DNA from: Lama guanicoe
Lineage: Eukaryota
DNA: 64,000 nt
NCBI GenBank assembly: GCA_013239625.1
Contig: MU053482.1
Span: 1,773,168 to 1,837,167 of the forward strand
Reading direction: 5' to 3'
In this document: positions 1 through 12,259 of the stretch, piece by piece
Numbering within the stretch: position 1 is the stretch's first letter
Layout: the number at the start of each line of letters is the position of its first letter
The notes under the pieces: generated by a model
What the model saw: only the letters and a program-made list of their open reading frames with translations
Told to the model about the DNA's origin: nothing
Database searches by the model: none
Program-made: the position numbers and the translations under genes

Positions 1-1171
1 CTCTCCCTGGAGCTAGCAAATATGATGGGGCCTGGAAGGCAGTCGTGGGTGAGACCGAAACAGCGGCAGCAGCTGCAACTCAAAGCAAGTCAAAAGGAAG
101 AAACCTGGAACCAGAAAGATGGTTTCAGAGGACAACTATAGGGAGGAAGCCTCTAGAAGGCTGGTAGTCCTCTCCCTAAAGCTTTACCCAACCAGGACTG
201 GGTGGGCAAAAGTCGAGAATACGAGAACCCAAGCTTCCTGGTGGTGAGTGGTGGAGGTGAAAATGTCCTCACCACTTTGCCACCAATGCTCCTCACTGGC
301 CCCTGCCCCCAGCAAGCACAGAGCACAGAGAAGTCACAGTTGGATACCTTGGGCCTTTCCGCCTTCAATGAGAAGAAATAGTCTTTGGCTCCAATTAATT
401 AAGCAAACTGATAGCAATTCCCTGTTTAAGTCACACTTTGCATACCCATAATCTCTGCACTACATTTTCTGTATACTTTACCCCTGGGTAAAAATTGGTG
501 AGCATTTAAATGCTTCCTCACATAATCTTGCTAAAGCACACTCCTGCCTATAAATATTCATGCCACTGCCAAAACATTTGCAAGCTTTCCCCAAAGGTGA
601 AATGTGTGTAATGTACTTTGTCTTCTGGGTATAAATATTATCCAATACATTTTAGTTAATATGAATACACTAATTATTCCTGTAACCCTTTTTAAAAGGG
701 TCATCTTCATGATGTGAATTTTTAAAAAATGTAATTACAGTAATTGGATACTTAATCTAATTAAAATTTGCTTTATCTTTAATGGGAATTTTTCTAAAGA
801 GGCAGAATGACAATTGGCTTTTTGATAATGACTGTTTTCTTTCTATAGGGAGATCAAGCTGGTGAAAACTGGAGAACCAGGCAGTTTCGTGTCAGTGCCT
901 TTTTCCTTTTTACAACTCAGACCTTATGTGGTGAATATGGCTTTTACTAGCTAGAGAGGGTGGAGGAAAGGACCAAGCCAACAGTTGAAGCTACTCCTCA
1001 ACCTAGGAAGCAGCCCGCCGCTTCCCTGGGCTCATGATTGGTCCACAGTAGGCATGTGACCTAAGCCTGCTAGATCAGGCTCCTCACAGAGCTTGCTGGT
1101 ACTAGAGCTGGAAGAGAAGCAGCCCACGCTGCTCTGGGGGCCATGGTGCCCAGAAGCACCATGGAGGGAGT

Positions 1172-1627
1172 TGTAGTGCATTTTATAGGTGTACCAGCCA
1201 TATCCCATTTGTCCACCCTTGAGGTCACCTGGTGACAGTTCTGATACACAATTTAGGGTCCTGTGTCTCTCTGCATAAGACTACCTCTGGCTTGCGGAGC
1301 AAGCCAGGCCTGCTGGAGAGCTGCCATCCCCAGAGCAACTCTCAAACAATGAGGGAGGAGAGCTGGTAGATAGATACCTCAGCTTCCTTGCTCTGGGTGG
1401 ACAACCTGAGGAGTTCTCTGCACATTCCTTCTAAGGAATCCCAATGGGATTGGACTCTACTTGCTTCAGCTGTAACCACTCATCCACATTCCATTCTGGG
1501 AGCTTCCTCTCCTTTTTTGTCCCATTTCCTCACTCCCTTATCATGCGTCTTAAGATCATCTCCCAAATAGAGGAGTGCACCTAAATTCTTGCCTTGGAGT
1601 CCGCTTTGGGGAAGCCCAACAAAGACA
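1172..1627 (+). mobile_element. ERVL solo LTR (LTR16-like) nested in an MLT1 LTR
   Basis: TG...CA termini and an LTR16-type 3' end (ccaaata...gggaagcccaacaaagaca). MLT1-like sequence flanks it at about 985-1170 and 1630-1927. Confidence 0.6.
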
Positions 1628-3197
1628 GGTGCAAGATTGGGTTTTCCAAGTAACTGTTTCTCCACCATGTGGAATAGGCATGGCAGAAGGAGAAGAGCAA
1701 AGCCAGAAGAAACAAGCAGAAATGGGGTGGATGGAGAGTGAGTCTGATGGTGTTGAATCCTAGTTCCACCCCCAAGACTCTCCTTGCTCCTGCTCCTCCT
1801 CTGATTCCTTGAGCTGCCATAAGCCCTTCCCAGCCATGTGGACCAATACTTTCCTCCCACTTTTTTGGTGTGTGTTAAGCATGCTTGAGTTGGATTTTTA
1901 TATCTTGCAACTGAAAGTATCATGACTCTTGCAACGAGTAAGTGAGTTTGTATGCAAAGCAGTTAGAATAGAGCTTGCCTCAGATTAAATGCTACCACCA
2001 TCACTGCTACTATTATTAAGTGCATATAGTTATTATTCAATGTCTAGCCTGCTTCCAGAAAGGACTATGGATAAAGGACCTGGAGCCTAGGAAAGAGTCG
2101 TAAAGAAGTCAATTTAATTCTAGCTATTTTCCTCCTTTTTGTCCTTTTTCATAACTTGATTGGATTGATGCCCACTTTCTCTCTCACTGGGAGATATTTA
2201 TGTAATCAATTTGTATAGCTTTACTGTTGTCTTATTGATCACTAACAATGAGCAATTAAATATTGTTCTATTTTGCTTAAGGGTCACATTGGTTTTGCTC
2301 TAATTTTCTTTATGCAATCTGAGTGGCTTAGACAAACTGCTCAACATGAACACTTAGTCACATTCAAGTCACGGCAGCTCTGACTGGCTGCAGGGTCACA
2401 GAAGGACTGTCATGGGCCTCAACCCCCCAAAAAAATATTCAACATTTTATTTTATGACTGCAGTGGTATAAAGACAAATATGTTTATATTATATTTTAAG
2501 GCATTTTCCACCTAAAATTTCTTTTCTCCTTCTGATTTTAGGAGACATTAAATCATTTCAGTAATGTGACTGCTGCTTTATGTTTTCCATCACACATAAT
2601 AGTCTTTAGTTGTATCAAGCATCATAGAAGTAAAATCTTGCCATTTTTAGAAAAGTTGCCAGCAGATGTTTCTGCATTCTAGGTATGGCTGAAGACTTGA
2701 TCTTGGGAAGAGTTGATTTTGGCAGAGGGAAAATTCTTCCATGAATCTTCTGGTTAGGCAAAGGCAAGGCTCAGAGGGTCATCTGGACTGAGATGAGACA
2801 ATGTGGACTAAGGGGCTTTTCAGGATAAATTCAAGTGGTGCTTTCCTTCGACGAGAGGTTGTTACACTACTGTAAAATCTGGGACTCCTTCTGGTGGCCC
2901 AGAGACAGGAATTTGACAGCCTGGGGTCTGGAGAAGAGAGGAAGGGTTTGAAGTTTGATGATTTGTAGAGGAGCTTGGCCTAATAAAGAGTAATTTAGGA
3001 AAGAGCTACCTAGGATGGGCGATGCATGGTGGGCTATGCTATTTAGTACAGTTATATCCAGGTTTTCCTCCTGCACTGTGTTCCTCTTACGATTTCTACA
3101 AGCCTTTAGAAAAGTCTGTGACACACCATGTGCTATGTCATTGGTGCTAGGGAATAAGGGAGGGGACTGTTCCTCACTTGGAACAAGGTACTATCAC

Positions 3198-3673
3198 TTC
3201 TTTTTTTAATTTTATTTTTTATTGAAGTGTAGTTGATTTACAATGTTAGTTTCAGATATACAGCAAAGCAATTCAAGTATACATATACGTATGCATATAT
3301 GTATGCATATATACATACATTTTCAGATTCTTTTCCAGTACAGCTTATTACAAGAAATTGAATATAGTTCCCTGTGCTATATAGTAGGTCCTAGTTGTTT
3401 ATTTTATATATAGTAATTTGTATATGTTAATGCCAAACTCATAATTTATCCCTCCCCCCTTTCCCCTTTGGTAACCATGGTTTGTTTTCTATGTCCATGA
3501 GTCTATTTCTGGTTTGTAAATAAAATTTGTATCTTTTTAAAGGTTCCACATATAAGTGATATCATATAATATTTGCCTTTGTCTGACTTATTTTACTTAA
3601 TATGATCATCTCTAAGTCCATCCATGTTGCTGCAAATGGCATAATTTCATTTTTTATGGCTGAATATTATTCC
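3198..3673 (-). mobile_element. L1 3' end (truncated)
   Basis: Poly(T) followed by a typical antisense L1 3' UTR and ORF2 end (ccatccatgttgctgcaaatggc...tttttatggctgaatattattcc). Confidence 0.9.
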
Positions 3674-4537
3674 AAAAATGTTCAATATCACTAATTATCA
3701 GAGAAATGCAAATCAAAACTACAATGAGGTATCACCTTACACCAGTCAGAATGGCCATCATTCAAAAGTCACAAACGATAAATACTGGACAGGGTATGGA
3801 GAAAAGAGAACTCTCCTACACTGCTGGTGGGAATTATGGAAAACAATATGGAGATTCCTCAAAAAACTAAAAATAGACTTACTGTATGATCCAGCAACCC
3901 CACTTCTAAATATATATCTGGAGGGAACTCTAATTCAAAAAGATACATGCATCCCAATATTCACAGCAGCACTGTATGCAATAGCTAAGACATGGAAGCA
4001 ACCTAAATGTCCATCGACAGATGACTGGATAAAGAAGCTGTGGTATATTTATACAATGAAATACTACTCAACTATAAAAAAGAACAGGATAATGCCATCT
4101 GCAGCAATATGGATGGATCTAGAGATCATCATTCTAAGTGCAATAAGCCAGAAAAAGGAAGAAAAATACCATATGATATTACTTATAGGTGAAATCTAAA
4201 AAAAAAAATAAAGAAAAAAAAGACACTATGAACTCATCTGCAAAACAAAAAGACTCACAGACATAGTAAACAATCTTATTGTTACTGGGGAAAGGGAGTG
4301 GGAAGGGATAAATTTAGGAGCTTGAGATTTGCAAATATTAGCCACTATATATATAAAAATAGATTAAAAAAACAAGTTTCTTCTGTATAGTACAGGGAAC
4401 TATATTCAGTATCTTATAATAACCTTTAATGAAAAAGAATATGAAAACAAATATATGTATGTATATACAAGACTGGGACATTGTGCTGTACACCAGAAAT
4501 TGACACATTATAACTGACTGTACTTCAAATAAAAAAA
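3674..4537 (+). mobile_element. L1 3' end with decayed ORF2 C-terminus
   Basis: ORF 3678-4199 contains [20 protein letters not shown]...TWKQPKCPSTDDWIKKLWYIYTMKYY (L1 ORF2 C-terminus), followed by 3' UTR and an A-tail. Confidence 0.93.
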
Positions 4538-4844
4538 TTTTTTTAAAGGCAGAAATAAATTGGGTGCCAAAACTTATAAGTAGCAGAAACTCTCCTCAAT
4601 GGCACTTGTTTTCAATATTTTTTGAAATGGTAATTATTTGGATGGTCTTCTTTTAATTTTTTTTTTAATGAAGCTGATGCAGCTATGTGAATGAATAAAC
4701 TAGTGTCACCACAAGGATACAGTCTCATGTTTTCATAAAGTCTTGGCAACCTGTAGATCTTAACACTCTCCTTCACTTTTTGAGTTGATATAGCTCTACA
4801 TTCACATCAAGGTTTTGAATGTGGAAAGCTGAATGTTCATTGGG

Positions 4845-7800
4845 GACTTTTTTTAAGTTTTAAAATTGACAAATGTAAAATTCATTTTTTTTTCTGAGTT
4901 TTCACAGGTACATAGATTCTCATAACCACCACCTCAGGATACAGAACAATTCTATCATCTTAGAGAATTCCCATGTGCTGCATCTTTGTCTTCAGATCCT
5001 CCCCCTCCACCTCCCCCTGGCAGCTAGTGATCTGTTTTCTGTTTTTATGTTTTTGCCTTTTTCAGAATGTCTTACAAATGGAATAATACAGTATATAGTC
5101 TTTTGAGACTGAGTTCTTTCACTTAGCAAAATGCATTTGAGATTCATCCAAGTTGTTTTGTCTATCAGTAGGTCATTGCTTTTTATTGCTGAGTGGTATT
5201 CTATTGTGTGGATATAGCACAGTTTGTTTGTTTGTTTAGTAGTCCAATAAAACTTGACAGACATTTGGGTTGTTTCCAGTTTTTTGTGATTAAGAAATGT
5301 TGCTATAAACATTTGTGTACAGGTTTTTGTGTGAACATGGCTTTAATTTTTCTAGTATGAATACAAAGAAATGGGATGCCAGAGACATAGGTAACTGTGT
5401 TTCACTTTTCAGGAAACTGCTACACTGTATTTTCCAGAAGGCTGTATTATTTTGCATTTCTATCAGGAGTGTATGAGAGTTCCAGGTGCTCCACATACTC
5501 ATTAGCACTTGTTATTGTCAGTTTTTGTTTTTCAGTTTTATCCATTCTTTATGTGTATGTTGGAATGTCATTGTATTTTTAATTTATATTTATCTAGTGA
5601 CTAGTGATGTTGAGCATCTTTTCATGTGCTTATTTGTCATCTGTATAGCTTCTTTGGTGAAGTGTCTAAAGTTTCTGCCATTTAAAGAATTAGGTTATTT
5701 TCTTTCTTTTTTTTTTCAATTAGGTTATTTTCTTATTGTTGAGTTTTTTTATTGTTGAGTTTTGCGAATTCTTTATATGTTCTGGGTACAAGTCCTTTGT
5801 CTGGCATATGATTTGCTAATATTTTCTGCCAATCTGTGGCTGGTATTTTTATTCTTTTAACTGTATTCTTCACAAAGCAAAATCTAATAATCTAATTTGA
5901 TAAAGTCCAATTTATCAATATTTTCTCTTATGGATTGTCCTTTTGATGTCATATCTAGAAACTCTTTTCCTAACCCAAAGGCAAGAAGATTTTCTCCTGT
6001 GTTTTCTTCTATGAGTTATATAGTTCTACATTTAGGTCTATTATCCACTTTGCATTAATTTTATATGGTTGCTTTTAATTATTGACATTTCAAAATGACT
6101 TGTTGTTTTAATTGTTTGATTTTCTTTTTTTAAAGATAATGATTTTGTTTTTACAAAACTAATACATGTCTATTATAAGAAACAATACAGGATACAAAGA
6201 AGAAAGCTAACATCCACTCCAAACTCTACTACCTGGAAACAACCCAATTTTATCAAAAATGGGCTTTTGCCTTGTTTGTAGCCTGATTTATTAGCCTTTC
6301 CTATAAGACTTTGGGGTTTAATGCTTAAGAAAGCTTTACCCACTTTAAGAATTAGAAAAGTATCCATCACTATCTTCTCTTGTTACTTTTATGATTCTAT
6401 TCTTCACATTTATATTAGATCCATCTGGAATTTACTTTGCTAAATGGGTGAGGCAGGAATTCTGCTTCTTCTTGCAATCCTCCTTCTCCTCCCAGCCCTC
6501 AAAAAAGACTAGCTGGTGAGTCAGCCCCATTTATTAAATAGTGCAATATTTTTATCATTGATTTGAAATGCTACCCTTAGAGTAAATTTACATATATGTT
6601 TTGATTTCTCTCTGGACTCTCCATTCTGTGCCAATGATCAGTCTATTGGGCCAGTCTAGTGTACTGCTTTATTTACCAAAGCTTTATAATATGTTTTATT
6701 ATTTATCTGATAGAGCTGATTCATTATCATTTCTTTTCTTAACCAGAGTGTTACTGCCTATTCTTACAAACATGTTTCTCCAGATTAACTTTAGAATTTC
6801 TTTCTAAACTGATTGGTAGGATTGGTATCACAATTAATGTATCAATCCATTTATTGATGGCTACTGTCTTTATAAAATTGAGTTTTCCCAGCCAAACTCT
6901 TCATTGTTTCAAGTCTTTTAACTCCTCAGGAGAGATTTATAGGTTCTGAACACTTTCTCTTAAATTTATTTCTGTTTTTATTGCTATTTGAAAGTGAACA
7001 TTTTTTCCTGTATTATTCTTTAACTTGTTATTTTTCATGTAGGAAAACTCTGATTTTATATATAAATTTTCTATTTGTCATTTACCATTGTTATTTTCAT
7101 TGAATTGTTTGGCTTTTCATATCATTTAAAAATAATCATAATTATACCTCTTCTTTCCAATTTTATCTTATATTTATTTCTCTTGGCTATTTACATTGGT
7201 CAATAACTGCCCAACAGTGCTAAATAATGGTAGTGTTAGAGTATATTCTGATCTTATTTTTTATGTTGATAGAAATTATTCTATTGTTGAAACATTAAGC
7301 AACATTGAGAATGATGCTAACTTTTAGTCTGAGAACATACATCTAGGTGTATTAATATGGTAAATTATATTTCCTAATTTAAAATCATGCATTTCTGGCA
7401 TGAATTTTGCTTGGTAATTATGTAATATCTAAAAGTATGCTGCTAAGTTCTATTTGATAATATTTTAAGATTTTTGCTTTGTTAGTAAGAAGTGAGATTA
7501 ATCTGTAGTTGTTTTTGTGCCTTGACCAGTTTTGCTATCAGTATTTTACTAGCTTTGTTACAAATAACCTGGAGGTTTCCTTTCCTTTTTATATACTGGA
7601 ACAGTTCAACTCTGTAATTATTTGTTCCTCAGGGGTTGGAAAAATTCACTTATGAAATCCTGTGTGTATATATACATGTATGTGTTTACATAGGAGAATC
7701 AGTTTTTGGACAACTTTCTCAATATCTTCCATGATTATTAATACATCTTTAGTCAATTTTGGTAATGACATTTTCCTAGAGATAATTTCACACAGTTTAA

Positions 7801-8560
7801 AAAAATATTAGCATATAATTGTGAAATGGAAAAATGATAGTCATTTAAATTTTCTACATATTTGTGGTTATTTCTCTGTTTTGTGTACTTGTGCTTCTTT
7901 TTAAATCTGATTAACTGGTAATTTGTTTTAGTGTTTTCATCAATTGAGAACTTAATAAAGTGTTCTTAATGAATTATTTTCTATTTTATTATTAATTTCT
8001 TCTTGCTGCTTTTCTTAGGATTTTTTTTTCTAGTTTCTTTAGTTCAATGCTTAAGTCATTTATTTTCATTGCTTTTTGTCTGATGTTTAATGTGTGGTTG
8101 AGACAGTGCTCACTGGATTCATATGTGCCAATCCCTTATCTATCACAGTGTCCCTTGAAGTTGGGTTTCAGCCATATGACAAGTTCTAGCCAATGGACTT
8201 GGGCAGAAGTGATGTATGCTTTGTCTAAACTGAGATAGTTAAGAGCCAGTAGGTTTTCTTCCTCCTCCTCCTTATGCTTTTGCCACAGTCTTATAGTCCT
8301 TGTATTACAGATAGCCCAGCTACAAGGCAAAAGATCCTGTAACAGCCTGCATCCCTCAGTGACTGTTTGACATGTAGCATGAACAAAAAATAACCCTCAT
8401 TGTATTAAGCCACTGCAATTTGGGGATTTGCTTGTTGTGCTAGCTATCAGTTACTTCTTGTCTAACTGTGTATTTGAGGCTATGACTCTTCCTCTGAGCA
8501 TAGCTTTAGACATATTCAAAGGTTTTGATATGCAGTTAAAATGATGTTCTTTTCCTGCTC
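4845..8560 (-). mobile_element. Cluster of old L1 (L1M-type) fragments
   Basis: T-rich antisense L1. ORF 4992-5312 retains YIHTIEYHSAIK...TWMNLKCILLSE, similar to ORF2. Interrupted by an MLT1 LTR. Confidence 0.8.
8091..8467 (+). mobile_element. MLT1 (MaLR) LTR
   Basis: Motifs ttctagccaatggacttgggcagaagtgatgt and ttaagccactgcaatttgggga are typical of MLT1. Confidence 0.7.
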
Positions 8561-11500
8561 AGAGATATATGTAACAGTTACTATTTGTTCAGTCTCACAG
8601 CTGCAGGATACATCTGCTCAGCCTAGTTCTTCAAATCCCAGTCTGGCCAGAACTCCAGGCTCTCTGACTCTGCTTAAGTCAGTCTATAAATGCAAACCGT
8701 GATTACCCACCAGGCCCCTCCTGGGCCTGCTGCTTTTGTTCCTGACTTGCTCCTGCTCAAATGCCATGCCCTGTCAGGTTACCAATTCTTGGCTCCATCT
8801 CTTCTTAACAAATCTGTTTCTCCTCCTTTGTCTTGGTATTTGCAATCTATCTCTCTGGTGGCTTGAGGCTTTCCTATAGAAGATCCTGGATTTGGCTCAC
8901 TCCTTTAGATGGCTTCAGGCAGCTGGTACCCCAACCCAGTGCTGCCTGGCCAGTTCAGGAAAGAGGTATGGGGAAAATGCCATCCTCAGGTTTCCCTGAA
9001 GACCCCCATTCACTCTCATTATTCCTCCTTTTCATGCTTTCTCTATTAGGCGCATGCTGCCCAGAGTGGATTCTTTAGGAGGTCTAGGTGGTCCTAGCCC
9101 TCAGCTGATGAGGGCTTTCTGCAGCACCATTTGGAGCCCCCAAAGGGGATGGAGACACAGTGCTGCCACCACCACCACTATTTTCACAGCTTTTCAACAA
9201 TTTGTATTCTTGGGCCTTTTCCTTAAGAGGGAGTGTGGGAATACATATGATTTATAATGTAAACAATATACACTGACAGCATGTGAATGAATAAAAGATG
9301 AAAAAATAAAAGTGCAGGAATAAATAAGTCTCTTACTTTGGCCTTGCTCTGAGCAGTGAGGGAAATGGTAGGAACATCACAGCAGGACAGGACAGCTGGT
9401 GGCTGCTGCCTCAGCATTCTTCCCCTTCAGAAGTCTAGGTGGCCTCCCTGCCCACCTCCTCCCCTGGAGCCCTCCTGTCTTCAAGCAGATCCTGCATTAG
9501 GAGCTGACCTCTTCAAGCTGGGGCAGGCTGGTGCACAGGAAAATGCAGGCCAAATACTAACTGGTATTGTAACCTGGAGCAGGTCAGCATCCCCCACTCT
9601 TGCTGCCCTCCAGGCTTTGGTTTCCCTATCCAGAAGTGAAAGGATTAAACTAGATGTCCTCTGAGTCCTTCAAGAATGTGATTTCATAGTTCCTCCTATC
9701 TGGAAGGTCGGTGTGATGCACCCAATTTCTGGGCCTCAGTTTTCTCATCCATACAGTGGGGGTTCTGGTGGGCAGTATCAAAGGGCTCTTTCCTCACTGG
9801 TGCTCTGCTGCATGGCTCTGACTCTCCTGAATCTCTCACAGAGTTCACAAGCAGGGGCACTTCCCGCCCCACCCCTCCTGGCTTCAGTGCATCTAGCTCT
9901 GGAACGATCCTGGTTCTGGGGGCTGGCAGCACTTGGGCTGACTGGAAGCAGCATATCCATGTAGTCCCTGTCTAGACCTATGACAGGTTGGGCTCTGTGG
10001 CCACCTCTCCCTTGCCTAGCCTGGTCTGACATAACAGAGGGGCTACATGCCCCGAAGCTCCTGCTCTGTGCCTGCACCTCCATGCTTGGGGCTGAATCTG
10101 TCCTCAGGGAGCAACTACATAAGGTGGGGAGTTGGGGGAAAGGAACCCAAAACAGAGAGGTATAGGTACCTGGATGGGGTTTGACAGGACTTGGGACACC
10201 AGAGGAAGCAGGCAGGGAGTCAGGCAGGGAGGCTGGGACCTCTGGCTGAGACCTCTGGCTGAGACTAGAGGAGAGAGGGGCTTTCCTTGGATGGGACTTC
10301 TGGCTTGGGCAGCTCCTGGATCGCTCCTCCATCCTCCCAGCAGATGGCAGTGTGTGTATGGGAACCAAAGCGACAGTTTCTGGGATCATGAGCTGGCAAT
10401 TTTGCAGGCTAGACAGCAGGAAGAGGACCACTGTCCCTCTTGTCAAAGAGCTGAGTGGCCAGATAAGGGGTCCTCTATACTGCTGAAGAGTCCCCAACCA
10501 CCCCACTGAGCTGATAAGGGGAAGCCTGTCCAGGGGTGCTGGGCCTGATCATGGCAGGTCCCTTCTCTCTCCCAGGGGTCAGAGCCACCTGCCCTGCCCA
10601 GCACTTAGGCTTCTGCAGGCCTGGGTTGGGTCAGGATTGGCCACAGGTCCTCAGGGCACCCTCACCTGGGGGAAGCCCATCCTTGCATAGCAAGCTCTGT
10701 GGCAGCAGCTCAGCCTGACTCTTAGGTTAAAGCCACTTCCGGTAGCTCTCCCAAGTCCGTCCATTTCATCTCATCTCCTAGTCCTGCAGCACGAGTGGGT
10801 TGTGGGCCCTCAAACTTTTCTTAATGGCCCCTATAGCTTAGTCTCATTGACCCGGCCCCTTCCCTAGGCACAACTCTCTATGTCCTCCATGGTGCCCTGA
10901 AGAATGCGGTCCAGAGAAGCAGACAGCCAGCTCTTGTCCCACCCCTGGAGCCCTGGGCTGGCCCCCTAACCAGGACCATAGAGAAGGTAATAGATGAGCA
11001 GTGATGGGGTTCATCTGACTTTGGCTCTGAAGCCAAAGTTGGAGGATAAGCTTCTGTCTTACTCAGGGGTCTTTGGTGTGTAGGAAACAGAGCATCCCAA
11101 GCAAGGGAAGCAAATAAGCAGGGAATCTGCATCTTCCAGAAACTCAAGGTCAGAACCCTGACAGTGCAAGGTGTCAGGAGCCTGGGCTGGATGCTAGTTC
11201 CAGATCTTTTGTGGCTGGAGGACCTCAGGGGCAGGTCTTCATATTCCTCACTGCAGTACTCTGTCTGCCTCTCCCTCTCACACACCCTCTGTGTGCCTGC
11301 TGAGTTTCCAGCTCCTTTCCACTCCTACTTTCTCAATTTCCTGTGCCTTAACCCTCAATGGCCCTTCAGGACTCATGACCCACACTTGACTGCAAGCCCT
11401 TTCTGGATGCATAATTTTACCTTCTTACTCCTGCCACTAACTGATTTTCTCCGTATTTTATAATCCAGATTTCCAAAAACAAGAATCTTATTTGCCATCT

Positions 11501-11904
11501 CCTGATCTGATACCAAAGTCTTGTCCAGTTGGCTGAGTTGGAGGATTACATAATACAACACTTGCTGCCTAGAGGGGGCGATATCAGACCCTGGGATGAC
11601 ATGCAAGGGGGCTGCTTACAGTTGGGTGAGGGGTGCCCTGCACAAGAGTGCCTGGCTGAGGGGGCAAGTGGGGGCTGACATTCCATCCACAATCTTTAGC
11701 AGCCACACAGCTTTGTGCGGGGCTGCACCAGCCCAGAGGAAGGGAGAAGGGGGTGCCTCTGGCTGAACAGAAGTGGCTCTGTGATGAGTCAGATACTATG
11801 ATTAGCACATAATCTTTTTATTACTTAAGACAATGCATCTTTTATCTAGTCTTCATTCCACCCTGTATCAGCTAGCTTTTGCTATGTAACAAACCAAATC
11901 TCTC

Positions 11905-12259
11905 TGCTATGGGCTGAATATTTCCGTACCCTCCAAATTCACAGGTTGAAGCTCAATGTGCCCATTGTAATGGCATTTGGAGGTAGGACCTTCGGAAGAT
12001 AGCTCCTAAGAGTGGAGCTCTCATGATATTAGTACCCTAATAAGAAGAGTCACAAAAGAGATGATCTCTCTCCTGCATGTGAGGTTAGAACAAGAACCAG
12101 CCATCTACAAGCCAGAAAGAGAATTCTCATCAGGAACCAAATCAGATAGCACCTTGATCTTGGACTTCCCAGCTTCCAGAACTATGAGAAATACATGTTT
12201 GTTGTTTGAGCTACTCAGTTTACAGTATTTTGTTATAACAGCTCTAGCTGACTAAGACA
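11905..12259 (+). mobile_element. MLT1A-type MaLR solo LTR
   Basis: Starts tgctatgggctgaat, contains accttgatcttggacttcccagcttccagaactatgagaaata, ends gactaagaca. Confidence 0.8.

Noticed and set aside
3678..4199. 173-aa ORF as a host gene
   Set aside because: It is a frameshifted L1 ORF2 remnant.
3198..4537. Twin-primed (5'-inverted) L1
   Set aside because: Both halves contain the 3' terminus and are diverged from each other; twin priming gives non-overlapping pieces.
9778..10506. 242-aa ORF and the many other 60-195 aa ORFs in GC-rich regions
   Set aside because: No recognisable domains, Pro/Gly/Ser/Arg-biased composition, overlap on both strands and many non-ATG starts; expected by chance.
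11566..11582. Second CTCF site (gcctagagggggcga)
   Set aside because: Deviates from consensus in the 5' half; too weak to call.
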